Assembly (NCBI GenBank): GCA_002633005.1
Contig: NMRA01000496.1
Coordinates: 191,049-255,048 of the forward strand
DNA length: 64,000 bases
Origin: Phoronis australis
Taxonomy: Eukaryota > Animalia > Phoronida
Reading direction: 5' to 3'
Shown here: piece after piece, positions 13,901-27,400 of the stretch
Position numbering within the stretch: the first letter of the stretch is position 1
Layout: the number at the start of each line of letters is the position of its first letter
The notes under the pieces: model-generated
What the model was told of the DNA's origin: nothing
Database searches by the model: none
What the model saw: the letters and a program-made list of their open reading frames with translations, nothing else
Made by a program: the position numbers and the translations under genes

Positions 13901-15209
13901 GATACCCCTTATACAGTAGCCACTGACAACCAGGTACACAATATGCCCTTTATTTATAGCCGATCAAGTACACAGTGTGTCTGTTGGAGCAAAATATAGT
14001 CATCTACACACTATATGCCCATTGTTTAGTACATGGGGTGGTTCGCACACTTTCTCTCATTTTATACGCACATTGCATCAAAATAACAGTGAGCACGAGT
14101 TTACTCCAGATTTAACAATGACTAGCGTCGACGCCTTGCTAGATAGGGAATACGTAACTTTTCGTTGTCATCAAGTTATCGGCGCGGATAACTGCGTTCG
14201 CCAACATAACATTTATTATGTTGTTAGTATTAGCATTTGCAGCCAGTATCTATGAATGGGAAACTGCTCCAGATCTTTGACCGCCAGCATAATTACAGTA
14301 GACATGGAGCACGGGAGCAATCGTTTTACGTTTTTGTCTGTTTACAAAGTTAGTGGCCCTATTTCAGCATTTTGCAGTGCCAACTTTATTTTTTCTATTG
14401 CGCACGTCAGAGAGAATGAACCTTCAGCTACAGCGGTGTGTGTCACAGGCTCGGATTCATTTTCAATGAATCCTCCTCAGACGAACGTCCGATGCGGCAT
14501 TCCATCACGGGTACCAAGTCGACAACCCCATTCTCAAGGATCGATGTCAATCTCCGTTTCCTTCTACTAAGTCATGACCTGGGAGTACACTGGGAGACAG
14601 CGAATCTTGGTAGTAAACCAATAGTGGAAGATACCCACAAGCAATAAAAGCAACTTTGTGCGTGAGGGTTTGACAGGGACCTCAGCGGTCTCACACTCCA
14701 CTGATTTATCCACATTATTTTGAAAGTGCTTTGCCCACTCACACACTGTGAGCCATAAATGAGATAAGCATACCTGCAGCTGATGCAGCAAGTAGAACTA
14801 CTCTCGTTTATCACATTGGTGTAGACTCACAGTTGAACTGTGGTTTTCTGTTGACCCCAGACCGTCCTGAGTTGCACCATACACCAACTCCGGAAGGTCT
14901 CTCACGACAATTTAGCGTTATGTACAACTCATGGACGCCTGAGTAGATATGTTGTCCCTACGAAACAAAACAAACCTCGCTTGATTTTCAATTTTATCGG
15001 CTTCAGCACGATCCACTAATTTTGAAGCGAACGTATGTGTACATACATGTACATGTAACTGCAGGACTTCGTCATCTTTCACTGGAATATCGACGACTTC
15101 TTCCTAACGCCATGCACATTGCCGGAAGCATGATTCTGCATACCACTGACGTCATAAGCTAGATGCACATGTATAACTTTGATGTTTTTAGTAGCGGCTG
15201 CTGACTTAG

Positions 15210-15513
15210 GTCTAGTCAGTTAAGGGAAAATCGGTCGCTTTTTGAAAAAAGTGTCAAAATTTGGTCACTTGTGTAACTGTTTGTGCTCTTTCAAAGATTA
15301 AAAAAGACGCCTTGATTATGGCCGCCATCTTGGTTTAAATATGGCCGCAACTCAATTAGGCAATCGTATTTAAATCCAAGATGGCGGCCAAAATAAGTGC
15401 AGATCACGTGTCTCTTGTGCTTTTCTGAAAGAGCGCAAAAGAAGCTACAAAATTTCCACGCTCTTTTCAAAAAGTGAACGATTCGCCTAAAAATTGGCCT
15501 AAACTGACTAGAC
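15210..15513. mobile_element. MITE
   Basis: TIRs gtctagtcagtt / aactgactagac with further internal inverted matches. Confidence 0.65.
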
Positions 15514-16114
15514 AAGTTGGCGGACGTAAAACAACTACCATAGCGTTAATGAGCAGAAGGACCAGCAAGTCAGCTCTCCTTTCCAGCTCACCGACTGGTA
15601 TGCAAGAATGCATAATCGTCTCCCAATTTCTGCTTTCGCGTCTCTCTTGGTATGAATCACTGGACCTTCCACTGAATTACTAGACCTCCCCTTCCTCAAT
15701 TAAGGAGACCCGGTGTTTCCTGTATTTAGTGTATGGTTGGAAATCGACTCGCTTCTTGAAGAATTCGATTTCTCTGGCGAACTAGCGTACGTTTGGGTAG
15801 ACAACGACAAAAGTCAATGGCCTTTAGATAAACAGATCTCAGAGGTATGTTTCGTGAACAGTGACTGACTAATTAAGCTATGGTTTTAACTTAGGGTCCC
15901 ACTTCCCATTTACTGGGTAGTGTTAATTGTACTTGTCATTAGTTGTTAGCATATCACCGTTTGAGATAATAATACACAAATACGTTATCTTTGTAAATAG
16001 AAATTATGTTTATGTTGTCAGAGACCTTATTCTTTCCCATACGTAAAATAGTTCTTGTGTGGAGCTGAAGACGACATTACGATACCTTATATTAACGAGC
16101 CTTGGGTTACTCTT

Positions 16115-17150
16115 CAGTGGCGGATCTAGGATACCATAAGGATGGGCCCAACATGTTGTCTCGGGGAATCGGGCAAAGTGCGATTGTATTTGCAGGGTGT
16201 CACGTTTTTCCCCGTGTGTGGGTGGGCGCAGGTTGTTACAGACCGGTGCTAATAGCTTTCGGTGCGATGATTGACTGAAGACTGATTCGAGTTAATCCTT
16301 TATTAATCCCGACAGTACGTTCACAAGCCTACTCAAACAAAAGTCCGACGTAATGTCTGTTTATGCTCCAGCCAGTGCTGCGAAGCCTTGACTTGTGATG
16401 AACTTCTGAGACACGTTCAGCAACTGTTAAACTCGTTGATTCAATGACCTTCTGTCTCTATAGCTGGCTCTCTATTGACTAACGCTGTAACTGCTGTTTC
16501 TCTTCACTGCAACTCAACTGTAGTTCTCCTGATTAACTTACTTGAACTGACTTGATCTTCTCTTGAACTGACTTGATCTCACTGACTTAATCTGACTGAC
16601 TTGATCTTATTGGACTCAACTGACTAACACAAACCCGTGCTTGTGTATTTATAGCCTAATGCATTGTTCTAGAACTTTTCATCAATTCAAGCACATTCTA
16701 GAACTTTCCTGAATCTACCCAACCATTCTACAGACATGTACTAGTCTCTAGAATATTCCAGACTGCATTAATCACTGTCATGCTAGAGTCTTCTAGAAAG
16801 TTCCACACTATACTGTAGTAAACAAATTACATCATCACTGTACTTAACTCAGGGGTCATGCCAATCAAACAGAACAACGAAACAAAACAATACAACTAAA
16901 AATACTGCCACACCATATTCTGACACAGGGCAGGCCCAAAGTTGCGGGAGCCGGGCATGTAGACCTTCTGTTCGGAAAATCTACAGATGGACTAAAAAAA
17001 AACGCCGCGATCTGGGGCACCCCCTTTTCCGCGTCGTAGTTGCTTACTCAATATTTCCTCGCGCTTCACGCTGTTGCTGTTTCATTTTTGCTTACGGCAG
17101 CCAAGGGGGGGTGAGCGGTCCCCCTACCCCCCCCCCCAAATCCGCCTATG
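16115..17150. mobile_element. GGCGGAT-type MITE hosting the solo LTR
   Basis: cagtggcggatct...aaatccgcctatg; TSD CTCTT. Confidence 0.75.
16198..16925 (-). mobile_element. Solo LTR
   Basis: TGTCA...TGACA termini with a 5-bp TSD CAGGG (16193-16197, 16926-16930); minus-strand TATAAA near 16650 and AATAAA near 16300. Confidence 0.85.
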
Positions 17151-17411
17151 CTCTTATTTAGTTGCCCAGAAACTTGGAGTAAAGTGCTGGTAACGAGTGC
17201 TGATAAGTCGACAAACATTACTGACGAAACCAAGAATGGAGCTGGCGCCTGGCAGTGAAAAATGGTGTCACTACACGGTGTAAAGCACTCAGAACTAGAT
17301 GTTGTTTTTCTAGACTTGTGAACTAACGAAGGCGTTTTTGGTAACTCTGAAATGCCGGAAAACTTTGGTGAAAAGGGTGCTGTATGATTTTATGTCATGA
17401 GCGTTGTGTTT

Positions 17412-18655
17412 TCATGTGCTGACACTGTTTGCAGGCTCACTACCACCGTATGTTGACAATGTGGTTACAGCTCTCGTGTCGTACCATCGCACCGCCACAA
17501 TCCCCGATTCCTCGACACAGCATTCGATAGCGCCACGTCCACGCTTTTTCATGTCAGACTCCGTCCGCAGCTTTACACAAGCCAATTTGCTAGGACGCAC
17601 AGTGCCAGTATAGTGGATGCCTCTCGACTTCAGCTCCATGATTAGAGGTATCCCCGTGAAAAAGTTGTCCGCAGTGATCTTGTAATTCAGAGCAGGAGCC
17701 TCAGGAATGGTCTGTGGCAGGGTCTTGGCAAGGTTCAGGACAACGTCTGCCCCGGCCAACACACAAAGCACTTTTCGCCGTCCCCTCACCATTGCCCTGG
17801 TACACATCAAAATGATACAGGATCCCACCAGCACCAGTTCTCGCCCACACCTTGATGCCCCATGGATAAGGTTTTCCCTTGACGTACTGCTTCAGTTTGC
17901 TGAACTTGTCCTTGAAATGGATCATCATCTCATCGATCGAGTTTTGCTCCTCGGGAACAAGTTTCAGGCAATTCTATCGAAATTTCTCAAGCCATGGGCG
18001 TACTTTCCACAGTTTGTCCTTCTTGTCCTCATTACTAGCAGTGTTGTTGTTGACAAAGTGTAGTGATGTTAATAGTAACTGAAATCGATTTCGGCTTATC
18101 ACACTTGCCACGGGTTCAATCATACCTAGTGTCAGACTCCCAGTAACAGCGATCCATACCAATCATTTTCTTCAGTTCAGTTTTATCAGTGTCAACAGAC
18201 TTTCCAGTTTTTTCTACACTGTACCGATTAGACATCTCAGAAAGCAAGTCCAGCATATCACCAGTTAGGAAATCATACAAGAGATAACCATCAGGCAATT
18301 CCAACAGCTTCGCTCTGAAGAAAGCATCGGGTGACACGAACTGTGATTTGGTCCATTTATAAGTATTCTTCTTCTTGGACGTAGCAGGCTGTGGTGCATC
18401 AGGTTGGGGCACAGGTTTATCTTCATCAGAAGATTCACTTAGCACTGGAGTTCCAGACTGGTCCTCAGGTATTTCATAATCTTCATCGTCTGTGGAATCT
18501 TCCTCAATATCACTGTCATTTGGGTCGATTTCGTCTAGTCTGTTGACAACATCAGCTACTCTGTAATTTCTAGTCCAAGTTGACGCTGACGTTGTGTAGA
18601 AGTGTGAGAATTCATCTGTAAATAATACCATCATTAGGTTAAAACAATCACACAA
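17412..18655 (-). pseudogene. piggyBac (PGBD2/3-like) transposase remnant, frameshifted and 3'-truncated
   Basis: SRNRFQLL..LHF, DKLWKVRP, SIDEMMIHFK, KQY..GKP.PWGIK, ADNFFT, GTVR, VRWYD spread over four frame segments. It ends before the third catalytic Asp. Confidence 0.9.
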
Positions 18656-18716
18656 ATCAATTTATACCATAATATTAGCCTCGAATGGCAGATACAACCC
18701 TGTAATAACCCATAAA

Positions 18717-19521
18717 GTTATCTCACTAGTGAGATAACATTTTGGAGGGAAACCGAGGCAGGATTTGAACTCGGGCCTCAAGAGTTTCGAGTCGCCGACT
18801 TTACCACTACACCCCTCATCGAACGTGAAAATAGAACACGCGCAACAATCGCATGTTGAGCAAAGGGCATTGCACCGACATTTATACGCTATGAAAAGTA
18901 AGACGCATAATTTCCATAAAAACGATATTTTAATTCAGAGAATTTTTTCTCTCGTGTTCTCTCACTTGTAAATCACCGATCTCCAATTTGAATGCGGGTA
19001 TCGTGAAGTCGGGATCCTTTGACTTGAGCATTATACTCAGTTACTAGTGGTAACCTACTTTAGCAGACGATATTTTCCCAGTCAAAGCTTAGCGTGATAA
19101 AATGTGTAGTAAGCTATAATAGTTGCTAAACCTTAATTTATAGATTCACTTTATTTCTATTTTGTTTAATTTTTCAATTGGTTTTGAGTAAACGAATTAT
19201 TTGACAAAAATAGCTCGGCTTCATTTAAAAGATCACGACCTCTGACCCCGGGCCTCTGACATAGAAAGTAGTTACGAAGCCGAGGCGAGTCGAGAAAGGT
19301 AGGTAGATCGATTCATTGCAATGTTTCTCGTTCAGTATGTGGTATAAATAGATTATTACATGTTCTCAGTCGTTATCCGCCTCATCTAGAGCCCTCGAGG
19401 ATTTTGTAGAATTATTACCCTAGGGGCTAACGACCCTTGGGCGATAATTCTCCAAAATCCACTCGGGCTCTAGATAACGGGGGATAACGACTTCGCCATG
19501 TAATAATCTATTTATACCACA
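18717..19521. mobile_element. Composite repeat (terminal palindrome, antisense tRNA-like segment, 184-bp hairpin), copy 1
   Basis: Colinear with 27628-28376; 22-bp perfect palindrome at 18717-18738; inverted repeat at 19338-19521. Confidence 0.8.
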
Positions 19522-22500
19522 ATAAAGTCTTCTAGAAAACTATATATCACGACAGCCTTTGCCACGTTTTTGAGAATTGTTTATGACCACAAATGCTATG
19601 TTTCAACACAATAACAGAGATAAAGTGCAAAGGATTATTTTATGAAAGGACAAAAAACCATCGTGTAGTTTTAGTGGTAATCAAATATCTGGAATGCACT
19701 AGTGATCATAACTAGCAACACAAAATAAAAATTAGGTCAATTTCGATGCTGGATAATTCAACATTCATTTTTTGTTTTAATTACAAGAGCCTACCACAAA
19801 GAAGTTAACAGAGCCAAAAATGTAGAAAAAGGTGTTATACTGGAGAACTGTTATGCGAATAAGATAGCAACATTTTTCTGTTGACATGCACAGGCGTCCT
19901 CAGCTTCTCATCGCGTCCCCAATACACCACATAATACTACAAGGTATGACACTCGGGACTAGAAATTCCACGGGTGCTTCGATTCAGCCGTCCATATCAA
20001 ACACATAACTCAATAAATTTACACAAAACAGGGGTTCAACAAACCATGAGAATTTGTTCTTTCTTAAAATAACATTCACGGTGTCCTGCTTTAGCGAGTT
20101 CGCAAGAAATTCGCTGTCAAAGCACAAAAATGTTCCCAAAAAGCCCAAACACACGTCGCACTTTGACGGTTCCAGGTCAAGGACGGTACGGAAATTGCCG
20201 GTTTGTCGCGTAAAGTCACGATGTCAATAACGCCGTCCATCCGTAATTCATCGGTAATTTCCGTGTATTTCAGAGTGAAGTGGTGATCACATGAATTTTA
20301 GGGGTCACAGATGACCCCGTGGGCCTCTAAGGGTTTTAAGGACCTTCCTGACCAGTCTGAGCATTAAACCATATATCTGAAAAATATTACATTAGTATGT
20401 ACTTTCGTCAAGTAAAAAAGGAAGGCTTGATTTCTTAACATTATACCAACCTGCCATTGACTTGGTCAAGAAATGGTGTCTGTTTTAATTAAATGTTACA
20501 AAAACGGAAGGTATATTCGTAGCGAAAAACAGCCGCAGTAACATGACCAATTTTGGTTCAAGGTGCATTCTCAAAATACACTGTTACAGTTTTTAATATG
20601 TCATTTCATTTTCGATGTATGCATTTTTTACGCCACTCTAGTAAAAGTAGCTCCCAAAATAATTAGCGTTTAGGATAACAGTTCACTTCTAAAATTGTCG
20701 CTTAACCAAGCAAGAAATCGAGCAAAACGCAGCGTGCGCGTGACGCCAGCGTGAACGACGACGAGAATGAGATTTATTTTCTATCGATCGTACCTGAGGT
20801 ATGAAAAACATTGCAACAACACATTATAAAAAGAAGAACTTGACATGCACTGAGATTAAGCAACAACAAACACTGAGCAACTGCATGTGATTAACCCGTT
20901 TAAACAACTGCAAACGAGATATGAACATGATTAACCTAGTTAAATACATATAAAATTGAATAACATATGTTGTAGCTATGGAGGCAGAAAGCTAATTGAA
21001 ACTGGACATGATTATATTAGCAAACTTGGCTACGTTCGACAAAACAAGAGCATGGTGATATTCATCACCTTGCGTGGTCACCAAGGTTACATGAAGGACA
21101 TGGCCAAGGTACAACTAACCCACTCAACACATTCTTCGGTGACTGGCAGTTTATGTGAGCCACAGAGGAGTTTACGGAAAGCTATGATCCTGTCTTCTTT
21201 CAAGAAATGTTTAAGGCCATGCAGAGATTTCAAGAGTTAATATTTATTACAAAAAGTTTCGTTTGACAACCTGTGGTAATCTATATCGATAAGCCGCGGA
21301 CCAACAAACTCCTTTATATAATCGTAATTAACACCAGTCACAAAACTCCCGGCCATTTTACACCACACTCAAACGTTTTGATTTTGGTTGTCCACTTAGA
21401 CTGAATCGCCAAGCTTCTTCACAAGCTGACTGAAGCCCACAGAGTGATTTAGCTGCATATAACATCGCATTAATCTGGGATATAATTCATCACAATTTAG
21501 ATTACACATGAATGTACTGGAAATCGTTTTTAAATCGCTGAAATATCTGCAGAAAATTGAGGTAGGCTACATAAGCTCCTTTCACACTGTGGTAACTTGA
21601 ACCCACCGTGAACTGTGTTCAAGTGACGGCAAAGACACCCAGAACGTGGTGCGTAAACGCAATATTGTAACACTGTCTTTGATGGTGAAATCTGGATCGG
21701 AATCTCCCAGATGCGATACGGAGCTGCCATTGCAGAAGCTATCGTGGCAACACGACTTCATCCGAAGTACACAATTTTCACTGCGATCGGTCACGTGCTG
21801 GCTTTTCGGACGGTGGTTCCTGGCAACGCGGCAAATTCGGAAAACATCTCCGAGGAACGTTTTAACTTGGAATAATTATATCTATAGGTATCCGGCACGA
21901 ATGCCACAATCAGTCGGGAGGACCGCAAGCAAACGCTAAAACTTGAGCACATTCAATTTTCGTGGCGGTATTGGCGCTTTGAAATAGAATTTGAAGAATT
22001 GCTTTCATCGTATAAAACGTCACCCTCCGGGTGAGGTCCGGAACATCCATCACTTTACACCGCCGTCGAGTATAAGCGACACTAACCAAGCAGTGGCCAC
22101 CACCAAGGGTAGGAGCAGAAACAGTACAGTATTTAAAAGGGGGGTTAATGGGGATAATTGCACCTTATCCTCATTTTGGAGGGTCCCCTCCGAGAGGGCC
22201 ACTTATTATGAAAGAGGATACAATTGATCCCAAGCCTGCCTTTCAGGCATAATGTATAATTGCATTAAATAGGAAAACCGGGGTCCCCGTACCATTTGTG
22301 TGTGCAAAAACCAACACCTCTGCATTAAGCCTTTGTTATAACTCTTTCAGTTCTTCTAAAAAGACTTGTCAAAATTATGCTGTGCAGTTTTAAACTCTTT
22401 TTTATATACCTTTACGTCTTTTTTGTACTTCAAACATGTTTTCTCTCATTGACACATAAACATCCGCTTCTGCGGTTAATTTTTGCATTTTAAGGCTGAT

Positions 22501-22943
22501 GGTATTAGAATATTTTACCACGCTAACAGAGTGACGTGTGAAAACAATCACAAGTCATGTTTGCAGGTTCTTTACTTTCAGTTCTTGCAATTGCCCCTGC
22601 CAATTTCTGCCAAAATGTCAGGAGGTCCCATGAAGTGACCAGTAAATGGACATCAGATTATCTGGTTAGGCAGATAGTTCTCAGTGGCGAGGCACACTCA
22701 TATCGACAAGGACGGGTGCCCGTAGACGTGTACCAAAAATTGCTGAGAGGTCTCCTATTGCGGGTGCCAGGTATGCCAATTACCACCCCTAGCTGTTGCG
22801 GGGTCAGATTTTTCTGTCTCACCCCTACGAAATGGAAATTTAGGCACCTCAGTATTGGACCCCGCGCGGGTCCCGCAAAACTTGCTGAAAAAGTACCGCT
22901 TGCCCGAAATCCAGTTTGGTACAAGCCTGCGTGCACCTTGTCA

Positions 22944-23805
22944 AATGAGTAACGGTCGGGTAGAGCGGGGGAGCCGGGGATGAGTAACGTTCGAGTAGAT
23001 TGGGGGAGCCGGGGATACTAAATGCCAAGTGGCGGTCGGGTAGAGTGGGGGGATGAGTAACGTTGGAGTGGATTGGGGGAGCCGGGTCAGTCTAAATGAG
23101 TAACGNNNNNNNNNNNNNNNNNNNNNNNNNNNNNNNNNNNNNNNNNNNNNNNNNNNNNNNNNNNNNNNNNNNNNNNNNNNNNNNNNNNNNNNNNNNNNNN
23201 NNNNNNNNNNNNNNNNNNNNNNNNNNNNNNNNNNNNNNNNNNNNNNNNNNNNNNNNNNNNNNNNNNNNNNNNNNNNNNNNNNNNNNNNNNNNNNNNNNNN
23301 NNNNNNNNNNNNNNNNNNNNNNNNNNNNNNNNNNNNNNNNNNNNNNNNNNNNNNNNNNNNNNNNNNNNNNNNNNNNNNNNNNNNNNNNNNNNNNNNNNNN
23401 NNNNNNNNNNNNNNNNNNNNNNNNNNNNNNNNNNNNNNNNNNNNNNNNNNNNNNNNNNNNNNNNNNNNNNNNNNNNNNNNNNNNNNNNNNNNNNNNNNNN
23501 NNNNNNNNNNNNNNNNNNNNNNNNNNNNNNNNNNNNNNNNNNNNNNNNNNNNNNNNNNNNNNNNNNNNNNNNNNNNNNNNNNNNNNNNNNNNNNNNNNNN
23601 NNNNNNNNNNNNNNNNNNNNNNNNNNNNNNNNNNNNNNNNNNNNNNNNNNNNNNNNNNNNNNNNNNNNAGTGGGGGAGCCAGGGATGAGTAACGTTCGAG
23701 TAGATTGGGGGAGCCGGGGATAAATGAGTGGCGGTCAGGTAGAGTGGGGGAGCGGGGGATAACTTGAGTGACGGTCGGGTACTGAGAGTGCCGTGAGCCG
23801 GGGAT
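22944..23805. repeat. G-rich minisatellite spanning the N gap (23106-23668)
   Basis: Units of about 30 bp, gagtaacgttcgagtagattgggggagccggggat, on both sides of the gap. Confidence 0.85.
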
Positions 23806-24284
23806 ATACTGCGCCAGATGAACACTGAGTAATTTCAGTAATTTATGGAAACAAATACTCAACCGAACAATATATGCAGGGATCTGTACTTTTTGTAAGC
23901 TACGTATGTCATCAAAACAGAAGTTGTTTAGTTCGAACTTTTTTAAAAATCAATTAAAGCTGGTTAGGCCTACTAAATTCTAGGAAAATTCTAGCTATTA
24001 ATTCTTTTGATGGCCTTTCCCTATTAGACTGATCACCAGTGCTGTCTCGTCTGAATCAATTTGTCGCCCTGGAAAACGAGTGCATAATTCCAGCCGCTCC
24101 TCTACGTTCTTATTGCTGGCCGGCAAAGAGCCTAAAGCACGATTACCGAATAATGCCCTCGATGTGATCTTACCGGCAAAAATAGTATGCTCATGGATAG
24201 CCAAACCCCAAAGGATAACTCCAGCGGCCGGACCCCTTTCCCTACGCCAGTGATTGTTCACTGATGATTACCNCCCCCGCTTTT

Positions 24285-24296
24285 GATGACGTCATC
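24285..24296. promoter_or_regulatory. CRE/ATF-like palindrome upstream of the TSR1 start
   Basis: gatgacgtcatc about 85 bp upstream of the ATG in a CpG-richer stretch; function not shown. Confidence 0.35.
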
Positions 24297-24378
24297 CGCA
24301 TATTGCGCAAATCAACAAAACGCGCAGAACATGGGTATTGCCAAGCCACACCGCCAGGTGGCTACCTGCAGTGAACAG

Positions 24379-24490
24379 ATGGCTTCCGACAGCAACGTGC
24401 GCCACAGGCCGGGGGTGTTTAAACAACAAAATAAAACCCACAAACATGGAAAACACAAAAGTAAAGGCCAGTTAGAAAGGGAAAGTCGTG
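24379..24490 (+). CDS. TSR1: TSR1 exon 1
   Basis: ATG; [26 protein letters not shown]...; donor gtatgt. Confidence 0.9.
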
Positions 24491-27400
24491 GTATGTCTGC
24501 AAATATGTTGTTTTAAAATGATAAATTGAGTAGCAGTACACACTGTGGGCACTTGTCGGATTAGGCAACCGTCCCAGATTTTGAGAACCAGTTTCATCCA
24601 CTGATTAAGCCGGGGTCCGTTATTCTGTGATTGCCTGGTTCTTGTTCCCGTAACCAGGGACCGCTATATCCGATAAGTGCCCAGCCTGCACTGGTATCCG
24701 CCCACACTGTGTGACGTCTCATTCCCGGGCAGTGCCAGTAAAGGCAGTCTATTATTGACCTACTGTACTATAGTAGTAGGGACGTGACAAAAAATTTCAA
24801 ATTCTTATTTAATATTTAAAAATGCATTGATTTAATAAAACATCAAAAACAGANGTCTTGTAGAGAGCTTTCTTGTGATGTATATTACATGCACATTTTC
24901 TAAAATTTTTGAAAAATGCTGTTCTCCCTAACTATAGTACACACTAGTTACTCCAAATCAAATGACTTTCCTAAATTTTGTATTGCTATTGTTTGATTCC
25001 TCGCATCGGTGTCATTCCAAAAGTATATGAAAATGTCTCCTACCTCGTTCCCTTAGTATTTCATCATCAAATTTATGCTCGTACTATTTCCTGGTAGTCC
25101 AGATAGTGATATTGCCATAAATGGAAGGAGTCATCTGGCGGCCAAAAATTGACCTAATGTACCGACACCCATATTTAGGGAGGGCAAGGTTTTTTTAATA
25201 TTTTTCACAATGCCCATGTGTCATACATTTTGAAAAACCCTTGGTGTGAGAAATGAAGTTGTGCAAAAATCATAAAAATTGGGTGAGCGGTTACCAAGAA
25301 AATAGCTGTTAAAACGCGACGGTTATGCATAAAATATCTGCCTTTTTACATTATTGTGGAAAAAATAAAAGAATATACATGTGCTGCATATCAAAAGATT
25401 CATCTCATTGAGACGAACATGGTGGTATGTATTATATACAAGATACAGAGATATTGTTGTTAAAGTGTGTTGTTAGCATATGGAACAGGAGCATCAACCC
25501 CATGACATGTTTGTTGAAAACAATGGATTACACAGCTTAAAAGGAAAAGAGCAAAGACAGCACATCAGCTTAGAAATAAATACACCTGAGCTAGGACGAA
25601 ATTTCATATCATACCACCTAACATTGGTGGATTTGGGGGGACAAGGGGGCCAGCCCATGGCCCCTAGAGCAGTTCGAGGGTGGAAATATCTTAGGGGTAA
25701 AATCCTGCCTAATACTCTGCCCTAACTTAAAATCCTGGATCTACCCCTGAGTACTACTACATTGGCAGCACATCATAGCCTGATAGGGGGCTGGGGGAGG
25801 CTATATAGACCCCCCACTGTTTTCAGTGCTGCTGCGCCACCCATGTACTATTAGATTGTATCATGGCACAAAACATCAGAAAGTAGACAAAAGACCATTT
25901 GGTAAAACAGATCACTCTAACATGAAGGGTTCATTCATTTGCACAACAAAAACTCTTTGTAACAACTTTATTTTGAACGGTGAAGTTGCGATGCCATATT
26001 GAACTGCAACGTAGCCGCTCGTGGCGCTAACATGCGGCGACTTAATGAACTATCGACTGCTGTTTGAAAAGTGCCAATGCTCAGCAGTTTGACAGAATTT
26101 CTGAAAATGAAATAATCAATTAAAAGAGTGATAAATTCTTCATCTAAAAATTGGGGGTGCTTATTGCGCTACTGCAAAAACAGCGATTTCCCAACCGATC
26201 AAAATTAGACCTTCCGGACGATCGAAAACTCGCTTTGTAAACCTGGCCTTGAGTTCAAGAAAAGAACTTGAAGAGGTGCGCACGTATCTAAACTACATCC
26301 TATCCAAATTTCATCTTTGTAATCGAGAGTATAGTGCTCTTTTAGATAGGAGGAACAAGAGGCACTTTTTCGAAAGTTGATCGCATAGCGGAAAATCGTG
26401 TGCTGAAAAAGATTACAAAAATGATTTATCAGCGATAATACGTGACAAAAAGATTACGAACTTGCAAATAAAGACCATGGTAACTTAATCCCAAAATTGT
26501 TGTAGAACCCTTTGTCAATGACTGTGGTTTGTCATGATTGTCAGTATACGAACAGCTGGACTAAGTCTGAAAGAATAATACACTAAAACCAGTTGTTGAC
26601 GTTTATAGGTGAGGGTCGATAAGATTAATACACTCCAGAAATACTTATTGTAAGACAACATAACTGTAAATACAATAAAAAATAGAACAAACCTTAATGG
26701 CAAAATAGTGTTGTATGATCGTACTTCGAATCACGCATAGGAAAACGAGAATCTTACAAATTGCAGCACCATCTATAACTCACAGAGAAAATTATTCATA
26801 GGAAGAACTACAAATTGGAGTCCTGCATTTTGAGAACCAGTTTGTTGCCAATTCTTCAATGGAGAAAACTGCTTCTCAAAAGATGCAAGACTGTTGTATT
26901 ATACAATGAAAGGTGGGTCATGGGGTTCGTTAATCACAGGTCAAGTTGATGCAAGATCACTTTAAGTTGTTATCTAATAATCTTACTTGTAAGCACTCTC
27001 ATGTACAAAGTTTCATTGCACTTTAAAACTAATGTCTTGCCATGGTGACGAATTTGCTATGCGATTTCAAGTAATATGTTAGATAAAACCCCTAAAGAAT
27101 GCTAGGCTTTCAACCTGTTCACTGGTGGCAGGTTCAATTCCCATTTCAAAACTAGATTCAGATTTAACAAAGTCCGGAATTGTATTTGCAATTTGCATAA
27201 AATGTGTGTCAAGGAGAATGGAAATTTCAGGCAGGGTAAGTGTCAAAGCCATCTCCAGAAAGGCTAAGAAGGCTGCTAGTAAAGCAAGTCGAAAACACCA
27301 GGCAGAACAGAGCAGAAAGAACCGGCGAGAGGAAGTTATTAATAGAAAACGCTGTATTGGAGGACAGGGCAGTCCACCCCATCTGGTGGTAAGCACCTTT

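Larger units (their letters stand above)
17405..20333 (-). mobile_element. Decayed piggyBac element (only the 5' terminus retained)
   Basis: Minus-strand ttaaaaCCCTtagaggcccacggggtcatctgtgacccc at about 20300-20339 resembles a piggyBac end upstream of the transposase. Confidence 0.6.

Noticed and set aside
13200-15170. Short ORFs and splice-like signals suggesting a minus-strand gene
   Set aside because: All frames of the candidate exon (about 14775-14957) contain stops and no domain is recognisable; probably a decayed repeat.
21582-21794. Possible THAP remnant (MKSCCHDSFC...PDFTIKDSV)
   Set aside because: Too degenerate, and no bounding TIRs were identified.
22941-23862. Long ORFs containing X runs
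   Set aside because: Artefacts of the N gap and the flanking minisatellite.
27231-27241. GTAAGT five bases into TSR1 exon 2 (microexon or recursive site)
   Set aside because: Explained by the codons for Val-Ser, and too close to the acceptor for normal exon definition. No supporting evidence.
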